In this document: one piece after another, positions 1 to 7,226 of the stretch
How positions within the stretch are numbered: the first letter of the stretch is position 1
Layout of the letters: each line of letters begins with the position of its first letter
Source of the DNA: a bacterium
GTDB taxonomy: Bacteria > Zixibacteria > MSB-5A5 > GN15 > FEB-12
Length of the DNA: 24,176 nt
Assembly (NCBI GenBank): GCA_043811375.1
Contig: JBDRNJ010000015.1
Coordinates: forward strand, 1-24,176
Direction: 5' to 3'
Position numbers and translations under genes: made by a program
The notes under the pieces: generated by a model
The model's input: only the letters and a program-made list of their open reading frames with translations
Database searches by the model: none
Told to the model about the DNA's origin: nothing

Positions 1-43
1 AGCGATAACGTAAATCTTTGTCTGTAAACCACAAGTTTACCAC
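1..43 (-). CDS. 5' end of a putative gene running off the window (VVNLWFTDKDLRYR...), product unknown
   Basis: GTG at 43-41 with AAGGAG Shine-Dalgarno at 57-52 (8-nt spacing); frame open to the window edge; only 14 codons visible. Confidence 0.45.
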   Translation of the reverse strand, partial: MVNLWFTDKDLRYR

Positions 44-291
44 GGGTTTGACTCCTTTCATTTGGTTCGAAAGACTCAAAGTCAAACCCGTTGTTATTTC
101 AATCTACCAATTTACACAACTTAGTTTACACTACCGTGATATTTACCTTCTTTTTTTATGCCTGCCCCGTCTGCTTCTGGCTGGTGCCGGGGAGGGAGAG
201 GGTATTCTTTAACCGGGTTCGCAAGGATCACTACGAACTGGTGGGAGATGTTTGCGGCAAGAGAAGTCTCGGGGCCGGACCGGCCCGGATT

Positions 292-1752
292 TCATTCGCT
301 GAGCAGTTGCTCGAAGAGTTTTTCGTAGAGACGCGCCGATCTCGCCCAGGAGAAGTCCTGTCGCATACCGGCTTTCATTAATTTCATCCATTGACGTGGC
401 CGGGCATACAGTTCCGCAGCCCGGCTCAGGGCGTTCAGCATAGCCTCCGGTTCGTATTCACTGAAGACAAAACCGGTGCCCTCACCGCCGGTGGGATCAT
501 AATCGACGACGGTGTCGACCAGACCACCGACCTCTCGCACCACCGGCACCGTGCCGTATTTCAGTGAGTACATCTGGTTCAGGCCGCACGGTTCAAAACG
601 CGACGGCATCAGAAAGATATCCGCTGCGGCCTCGATGAAATGCGCCAGTACCTCGTCAAAGGTCAGCCAGACACGCAGTTTGTCGGGATACTTACGTTCC
701 AGATCAGCGAGCAAACGGTGGTATTTCTCCTCGCCTGTCCCCAGAACCACCATCTGGATATCCATTTCAAAGAGGCGATCGGCGGCGGCGGCAATCAGGT
801 CGAATCCCTTTTGATCGACCAGGCGCGAAATGATGCCTATCAATGGCGACCGAGGTCGAACCGGCAGTCCGGCACGACCCAGCAACGCCACTTTGTTCAT
901 GCGCTTGCCGGACAGATTATTGATATGGTACCGGTGGGGAATACGCCGGTCTCGGGATGGAGACCAGACCGAGTAGTCGACGCCGTTGAGGATACCGACC
1001 AGATCATCGCGGCGCTGCTGCAGCACGCCGTCCAGACCACACCCCAGCTCCGACGAGGACTGGATTTCGGCGGCGTATCGCGGTGAGACGGTGGTGATCT
1101 TGTCGGCATATATAATAGCCGCCTTCATGAAATTCACCTGTTCGTAGAACTCAAAGGAAGCGGTGGGTTCAAAGAGAGCCGGTGGCAGATTCAGCATAGG
1201 GAACCGTTCACCGTGAAACACTCCCTGATGAGCCAGATTATGAATCGTCAGAACGGTTTTGATTTCGGAAAAGAGCAACTCGGCGGCGGTCGTCTTGAGA
1301 TACACCGGTATCAGAGCAGCCTGCCAGTCGTGGACATGAATGATGTCCGGTTTGAAGTCGATTCGTCTGAGGCTTTCCAGAACCGCCCGGGCGAAAAAGA
1401 TGAAGCGCTCATCGTTATCGCTGTAGTCGGTGCCCGTGGCCGGATCACGGTAGAGATCCCGGCGACCGAAGTAATCTGTGTTTTCCACGAAACAGGTTTC
1501 CAGAGGTAACCGGCGATGACGCCGAGTCTCCAGCGACACAGGTACCGGTCGCCCGTTGACGGTTATGTTAGCGGTCCAGTCCAGCGGGCGCAACGAGTAC
1601 AAACGTTCATCAATGGCCCGGTAGAGCGGAACAAAAACCTTGACCTGGTGCCCCAGGCGGGCCAGCGCTTCCGGCAGAGCACCGACCACATCACCCAGGC
1701 CGCCAGTCTTGACATAGGGCGCCATCTCGGAAGCTGCGATCAGTATCTTCAT
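292..1752 (-). CDS. glgA: Glycogen synthase (GT5)
   Basis: MKILIAASEMAPYVKTGGLGDV (KTGGL motif), HVHDWQ, TIHNLAHQG, GILNGVDY, MPSRFEPCGLNQMYSLKYGT; ATG at 1752 directly follows the galT stop (ORF track starts at 1785). Confidence 0.96.
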   Translation of the reverse strand: MKILIAASEMAPYVKTGGLGDVVGALPEALARLGHQVKVFVPLYRAIDERLYSLRPLDWTANITVNGRPVPVSLETRRHRRLPLETCFVENTDYFGRRDLYRDPATGTDYSDNDERFIFFARAVLESLRRIDFKPDIIHVHDWQAALIPVYLKTTAAELLFSEIKTVLTIHNLAHQGVFHGERFPMLNLPPALFEPTASFEFYEQVNFMKAAIIYADKITTVSPRYAAEIQSSSELGCGLDGVLQQRRDDLVGILNGVDYSVWSPSRDRRIPHRYHINNLSGKRMNKVALLGRAGLPVRPRSPLIGIISRLVDQKGFDLIAAAADRLFEMDIQMVVLGTGEEKYHRLLADLERKYPDKLRVWLTFDEVLAHFIEAAADIFLMPSRFEPCGLNQMYSLKYGTVPVVREVGGLVDTVVDYDPTGGEGTGFVFSEYEPEAMLNALSRAAELYARPRQWMKLMKAGMRQDFSWARSARLYEKLFEQLLSE

Positions 1753-1753
1753 C

Positions 1754-2800
1754 TCAGGCGTTTTTCTCAACTCCATCAACGGCAACCGTGGCCGGTGATT
1801 GTGTCAGATCGATATCTCTCAAAAAAGCAGCCGCCTCTTCGGGGGGCGTAGGGTTGATATAGAACCCCGAACCCCATTCGAAGCCGGCTACCTTGGTCAG
1901 CTTGGGTATGATCTCGAAATGCCAGTGATAGTACTCGGCGTGTTCACGGGAGATCGGGCTGGTGTGCAAAGCGAAGTTGAAGGGGGGATCATTCAGAGCC
2001 ACTTTCAGCCGGGCCAGGGTATCCTTGAAACTGCGGGCTAAAATCGTATAGTCCGAGTCACTCATCTCCAGATAACCGGACTGGTGCGTTTTCGGCAGCA
2101 GCCAGGTCTCAAAAGGAAAACGAGGAGCAAATGGTTCGATAGAGATAAACGAATCATAGTCATTTACCATTCGTTCCTGATCCTTGAGTTCCTGCCGGAT
2201 GATGTCGCAGTATACACACCTTTCCTTGAATTCGTAATAACGTTTAGCTCCCTGGATCTCCTCGGCCACTCGCTTGGGCACAATAGGGGTAGCGATAAGT
2301 TGACTGTGAGCGTGCTCCAGCGACGCTCCGGCAGCTTCGCCGTGGTTTTTGAAAACAACGATGTACTGGAAACGCCGATCTCGCTGCAGGTCCAGCATCC
2401 GCTCCCGGTAGGCCCAGAACACGTTGCGCACTTCTTCTTCCGACATATCCACCATGTCGTGAGCATGCTGGTTGGTTTCAACGATAACCTCGTGGGCACC
2501 GACACCGTTCATCTTATCATACAGACCGTGAGGTTCCCTGGTCAGGAGACCTTCCACCATCAGGGCGGGATAGCGGTTGGGGAAAACGCGTAATGTCCAG
2601 CCGGGTTTGTTGGGTTCGGTGCCGCTTTCGCGATAAGCCAGAAGTTCCGGCGGTGTGCTGGCTTCCTGCCCGGGACAGAAGGGGCACAGGTGAGCCGAAG
2701 ACGTTTTTTCTACCGAACTTAATGAACTGGGGCGTTTCCCGCGTTCGGTGGAGATAATCACCCAGCGGCCTATAATCGGGTCTCTTCGCAGTTCCGGCAT
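1754..2800 (-). CDS. galT: GalT-family hexose-1-phosphate nucleotidyltransferase (galactose-1-phosphate uridylyltransferase-like)
   Basis: MPELRRDPIIGRWVII..RGKRP, Zn motif CPFCPG, GASLEHAHSQL (HxHxQ), YHWHFEIIPKL..AGFEWGSG; GGAG RBS before ATG at 2800. Confidence 0.9.
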   Translation of the reverse strand: MPELRRDPIIGRWVIISTERGKRPSSLSSVEKTSSAHLCPFCPGQEASTPPELLAYRESGTEPNKPGWTLRVFPNRYPALMVEGLLTREPHGLYDKMNGVGAHEVIVETNQHAHDMVDMSEEEVRNVFWAYRERMLDLQRDRRFQYIVVFKNHGEAAGASLEHAHSQLIATPIVPKRVAEEIQGAKRYYEFKERCVYCDIIRQELKDQERMVNDYDSFISIEPFAPRFPFETWLLPKTHQSGYLEMSDSDYTILARSFKDTLARLKVALNDPPFNFALHTSPISREHAEYYHWHFEIIPKLTKVAGFEWGSGFYINPTPPEEAAAFLRDIDLTQSPATVAVDGVEKNA

Positions 2801-2896
2801 GTCATTTACTCCATGGACAACCTTAATGTCGTTCGATAATGTCAATCAATCACTGTCGATATATTCTTACCGGTCCCCGGCGACCGTTCCGTCAAT

Positions 2897-4171
2897 TCAC
2901 GTCACTTCAAGACGGAGGATCCCCTCATCGGACAAAGAGTCGTCGCATATCGCCTGCAGAATCTCAACCTCGTTATCCGACAGACAATGGCCTCGACGTT
3001 CAGTTGCCCGCCGGGCAGTCTGCAGCGCTTTGTCAATCTGATACCGTTCCCAGGCTCCGCTTTCGCCCCAACTGAACGACGGCACTTCCTTGTCCGTAAC
3101 CAGGCTGCCGCCAAAGATGTTGCAGCAGACTCCGATATTGATCCCCGTCGTCAGCAGAGTGCCGATACCAAACTTGCTGTGGTCACCGATAAATGAGCCC
3201 ACCTTGATGGAACCGGAATCAATCGTTTTGCCGTTGAGGGTCAGGCGAATCGGCGAATAGTTGTTCTTGAGGTCAGAGTTGGTCGTCATAGCGCCGAAAT
3301 TCACCCACTGCCCGACATAGCTGTGACCTATAAACCCGGCGTGGTACTTGTTGACGTAAGCCTGAAAAACCGACTCTTCCACCTCACCCCCGACACGGCA
3401 GGTATGGCCGATGGATGAACCGGCAATCCGACCCGCCAGCACAATTGTGTTGGGTCCGATATAACTGGGGCCGATAATCGTTGCCTGGGGTTCCACCCTG
3501 ACATTATCGCCGATATAAACCGGACCACAGGCGGCATCGATCACAACTGTGGGCAGCAGCTCGGTACCTTCGCCCAAGAAGACGTTATCCTGGTTGATCA
3601 GGCGGGCTCCATCGCGGACCCGAACGTTCTGCGGCAGCGGCAAGGTCGGCCTCAGATGCTCAAAATCGGCAACTACTTCCGTCTCCACGTCGGCCATGAT
3701 CTCCCAGCAGTAATCGTACAGAGTGGTCGTGGTAGCGGCATAAAACAGATCGGCGGCCATTTGTTGATACAACTCGAAAAACTCTTTCTGCGTAGCCACG
3801 GCCGGAAAGCTCTTCAGAGATTTTGCCTTAAACAGAACCGCCACCACGCTTTTGTTGCTGGTGAAAACGGATGAATAGCGCGCCTGTTGTATTTTCTGCG
3901 GCAGGTCACCATAATCGCGAAGGCGGCCATTGAGCAGCAGAACGTCACCGTCACCCCGCTTTATAATGTTGACGGGGAAATCACGGAATGTCTCCGTCAG
4001 CAGAGGGGCAATCCGGTCTCGACAGGCCAGGCAAAGATGGTCAGCCTGGAAATGTCTCTCAAAACGTTTGAATAGGGGCACAATACCGGCCCGCAGGGTG
4101 TACACCGGGCGGGTCAGAGTCAGCGGGAAGAAATCCCGATATATCTCATCTTCGTAAAAGCAGATCGTCAA
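2897..4171 (-). CDS. GlmU-like putative sugar-phosphate nucleotidyltransferase with left-handed beta-helix (hexapeptide repeat) domain
   Basis: N-terminal FPLTLTRPVYTLRAGI; hexapeptide repeats (GPVYIGDNVRV, IGPSYIGPNT); RVGGEVEES..NKYHAGFIGHSYVGQWVNFGAMTTNSDLKNNY; TTG start with GGAGAG RBS. Confidence 0.85.
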   Translation of the reverse strand: MTICFYEDEIYRDFFPLTLTRPVYTLRAGIVPLFKRFERHFQADHLCLACRDRIAPLLTETFRDFPVNIIKRGDGDVLLLNGRLRDYGDLPQKIQQARYSSVFTSNKSVVAVLFKAKSLKSFPAVATQKEFFELYQQMAADLFYAATTTTLYDYCWEIMADVETEVVADFEHLRPTLPLPQNVRVRDGARLINQDNVFLGEGTELLPTVVIDAACGPVYIGDNVRVEPQATIIGPSYIGPNTIVLAGRIAGSSIGHTCRVGGEVEESVFQAYVNKYHAGFIGHSYVGQWVNFGAMTTNSDLKNNYSPIRLTLNGKTIDSGSIKVGSFIGDHSKFGIGTLLTTGINIGVCCNIFGGSLVTDKEVPSFSWGESGAWERYQIDKALQTARRATERRGHCLSDNEVEILQAICDDSLSDEGILRLEVT

Positions 4172-4497
4172 AAGCGAGTCTCTCCAAGCTTATTGTCCCC
4201 AACATCCAATATCAGTATCGGTTGCCGTCCTGATCGGCTTAAAGAATGATAAGATGATCTCCCGGCGACCCGGAGGCAACAGTTATTTATTGCAGGCCCA
4301 AACCCGAATTGCCTCACAATAAATGTTACCGATGGGGGTCATATTGAAGCTGTCAACCATGTAGGGCAGATCCGGAGCGGACCAGCAGCCGCCAATAGTG
4401 CAAATGATCCAGAAAAGCCCCATGAAAGCATGTTATTTCGAATCAGCGGGACAGCCAAGCCGTTTTCGTCAGCCCTTCTTCCCGCTTCCATAATGTC

Positions 4498-4526
4498 AAT
4501 AGCGGTGCAGGGACTTGAACCCCGGA
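4498..4526 (-). repeat. 29-bp direct repeat of the tRNA-Met 3' end (distal att site)
   Basis: aatagcggtgcagggacttgaaccccgga is identical to 15206-15234; identity stops abruptly and the rest of the tRNA is absent here. Confidence 0.95.
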
Positions 4527-4616
4527 TTCCTCAAGAGGGGTTTTTGCAACCCCCTTAGAACCACCGACTTATGCGGTTATCCCGTTTCCTACCTTCGAGT
4601 TACTTTTTTTATGCAG

Positions 4617-4677
4617 TGTGACCTGTTTTGATGATTTTTGACCAGTTTTGACCCCCAAGTGTCACAAATCTGTCACA
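4617..4677. repeat. att-proximal short repeats: three phased 10-mers and TGTCACA direct repeats (putative integrase arm / Xis sites)
   Basis: acctgttttg-atgatttttg-accagttttg (4621-4650); tgtcaca at 4660-4666 and 4671-4677; inverted tgtgac at 4617-4622. Confidence 0.5.
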
Positions 4678-5387
4678 GCGATTCATGACAGTGGACGAAA
4701 ACTCCCGCCACGAGTGCTCGTATCGATGATAACGCGCAGTGCTGGCAGTGAGTGAATACCGAGAGGGTCCGAATAGACCTGTCGCTCGTGGGTTTTTAGT
4801 GCATGGCCTATTTTCCGGGAGCCTTGAATGTGGATGACACTGTCCGTGGAAAAACGGGACTGGAATACTCGGCTCAAGTATCCATTTGCCAACCCACGGC
4901 GCATCAATTGGTTGTCCTGACACAAGAGAGACTTGTGACGAATGAGTGACAAGGTTTGTCACAGGGAAATGGCATTGTTTTCACGAAGTGAAGGATCGGC
5001 GCTGCGAGCATCCCACCGGCGTACGAATGACACTGAATCGGGCACTCCTTCTCTATTAGACGCCCTTCTGGTCGCCATGTCGGTCAGTCGATTCTGGCGA
5101 ATCCTATGATTTCAGGAACCCGTCTCGCAAGGCCCGCTTGGTGCGCTGTGAATCCGGTCTTGACGGTAAAGACGCCCTGGTATCAGATGTTCTTGAGCGC
5201 TTTGCTGCCGAATCGCGACCAGACTCCAGTTGCACATCACTTGCCGCGAACGTGCACGTCTAGCTGTATTCCCGTCCAGCCCACCTCCCAATTCTTAGCT
5301 GTAGGCACCACAAGAATGCCCAGAGTTTCTATCCCAAAAGCCTTTATCACGGAACGGTCTATGTCAAGGGTGGCACTCCCGTCCTTG

Positions 5388-5535
5388 ATGGTCTCCCGTC
5401 AGCACTTCTACGATATCAAGAAGGCCTGGGAGAGTCAAGGTTTAGAGGGGCTTTGGAGAATCCTTAAAAGGGAGGTCAGAGTCTGGATTCTGTTTCGACC
5501 TCCCAGCTTAAACGGCCATGTAGAGAGGTCGCAAG
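5388..5535 (+). pseudogene. IS481-family-like transposase remnant
   Basis: VSRQHFYDIKKAWESQGLEGL resembles the IS481 N-terminal HTH; PSLNGHVERSQ resembles the PxxNGxVER motif of the DDE core; the sequence between them is missing. Confidence 0.5.
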
Positions 5536-5702
5536 TGCAAGCAACGTCAGGCAAGACTCCGCGTCCCGCCGGCTGCTGCCGGCAACGATTGAAGTCAGCT
5601 AAGGGAGCAATCTGAAAATTAGATGGCACTTGCAGAAGAGCGCCGGTTAACATATCTTCTTTATCGAAATCGTCACTGGGACCATCATGAAGACGACTTG
5701 AC

Positions 5703-7226
5703 ATGGAAGACATATCGGGCACACAAAGGAGGACCCTGTTTCGCCATCCCTTAGCCGCTGTCGGCGGCGCCCTGGCGACAGCCGGCCTGTTTCTCTTTCT
5801 AATCCTCCTCCTCTACGACATCACCAGCGGCGAGGAAAATCCATATCGGTCACTTCTCACGTTCGTGGTCGCCCCTTCTGTAATGGTAATCGGTACCGTT
5901 CTTTTCCTCGTTTCGGTATGGATCCAGGTCCGTACCGCACGTAAGCAGGGCGAAGCAGTACGATTCTCACTCTCACTTGACACAACCGATCCTCGATACG
6001 TGAGAAACCTCTGGGTCTTCCTCGTTCTCTCGGCGATCTTCGTCTTTCTCACGGCTTACGGCGGCACACGAGTATACGAAGCCACCGATTCGGTTGCCTT
6101 TTGCGGCGAAACCTGCCACGATGTTATGGATCCCCAATATGTAACCTACCATCATTCTCCGCACGCCAGGATTTCCTGTGCCGAATGCCACATCGGCCCG
6201 GGAGCTTCATTCTGGGTTAGGTCCAAAATCGACGGAATCCGGCAGGTCATAGCCACTATACGGAACACGTATTCGCGTCCCATTCCAACACCCGTCCACA
6301 ATCTCCGCCCGGCCCAGGAAACATGCGAGACATGTCACTGGCCGCAACAGTTCTATGGGGACAAGTTTGTCACCCACACGTATTATCGCACCGATGAAGC
6401 CAATTCGCCCTGGACAATCAGCATGCGGGTGCGAATCGGCGGTGGCAATCCGCGCACCGGCAGTCCCGAGGGGATCCACTGGCATATGCTGACGGAGAAC
6501 GTCATTGAGTACGTTGCCACCAATCCCAAGCGCCAGACGATCTCCTGGACTCGGGTAATCACCCCAACCGGTGATACGACTACGTATGTCAACCAGGACG
6601 TCGATTCGCCGGACACCGTCATTGGCTCGACGGCAATGGTCAGGCGTTTCGATTGTATGGACTGTCACAATCGTCCCAGCCACACTTTTCAACCGCCAGC
6701 GGTGGCCATCAACCAGGCTCTCAAATCCGGCCAGCTTTCGGGAAAGCTGCCTTACATACGCCTTAAAGCCGTCGAATTGCTGAACGCCGAATATGAGACC
6801 AAACAGGAAGCACTGGCAACTATCGCCTCAGGCATAAAGGACTATTACCTAGAAGATTACCCCAGTATGGCCCCCGAGATTCGCCCGGAAATGGAGGAAG
6901 CAATCCCCATCCTTCAAGAGATCTTCGAGGACAACTTTTTCCCGGAAATGAAAACGGACTACCGAGTTCGCGAAAACAATCTGAGTCACTTCGTCAATGA
7001 TGGCTGTTTTCGCTGCCACAACGAGTCGATGGTCAATCGAGAGGGTAACTCCATGGCTACTGCCTGTACAACTTGTCACCTAATTGTGGCGCAGGGCCCA
7101 TCGGAAGAATACGGTGTCCTTGAAGCGAACCTCACGGGACTGGAGTTCAGGCACCCGGAGGATATTGACGAGGCCTGGAAAGAGATGAAGTGCACAGATT
7201 GCCATGACCCAGCATCCGGTTACTAG
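5703..7226 (+). CDS. NapC/NirT-domain inner-membrane multiheme cytochrome c, ImcH-like (7 heme motifs)
   Basis: Three N-terminal hydrophobic helices; FCGETCH (CX3CH) plus 6 CxxCH (CAECH, CETCH, CMDCH, CFRCH, CTTCH, CTDCH); NapC-like SPHARISCAECHIGPGA..SKIDG. Confidence 0.85.
   Translation: MEDISGTQRRTLFRHPLAAVGGALATAGLFLFLILLLYDITSGEENPYRSLLTFVVAPSVMVIGTVLFLVSVWIQVRTARKQGEAVRFSLSLDTTDPRYVRNLWVFLVLSAIFVFLTAYGGTRVYEATDSVAFCGETCHDVMDPQYVTYHHSPHARISCAECHIGPGASFWVRSKIDGIRQVIATIRNTYSRPIPTPVHNLRPAQETCETCHWPQQFYGDKFVTHTYYRTDEANSPWTISMRVRIGGGNPRTGSPEGIHWHMLTENVIEYVATNPKRQTISWTRVITPTGDTTTYVNQDVDSPDTVIGSTAMVRRFDCMDCHNRPSHTFQPPAVAINQALKSGQLSGKLPYIRLKAVELLNAEYETKQEALATIASGIKDYYLEDYPSMAPEIRPEMEEAIPILQEIFEDNFFPEMKTDYRVRENNLSHFVNDGCFRCHNESMVNREGNSMATACTTCHLIVAQGPSEEYGVLEANLTGLEFRHPEDIDEAWKEMKCTDCHDPASGY

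Noticed and set aside
4498..4570. Second tRNA gene
   Set aside because: Only the T-arm and 3' acceptor strand are present, with no D-arm or anticodon arm; interpreted as an att repeat
5106..5615. 169-aa ORF as a functional gene
   Set aside because: No RBS or coherent domain; only two short transposase-like patches, so treated as a remnant
5624..5640. Sigma54 promoter (TGGCAC..TTGC) upstream of the ImcH-like gene
   Set aside because: The two elements are adjacent and lack the required -24/-12 spacing
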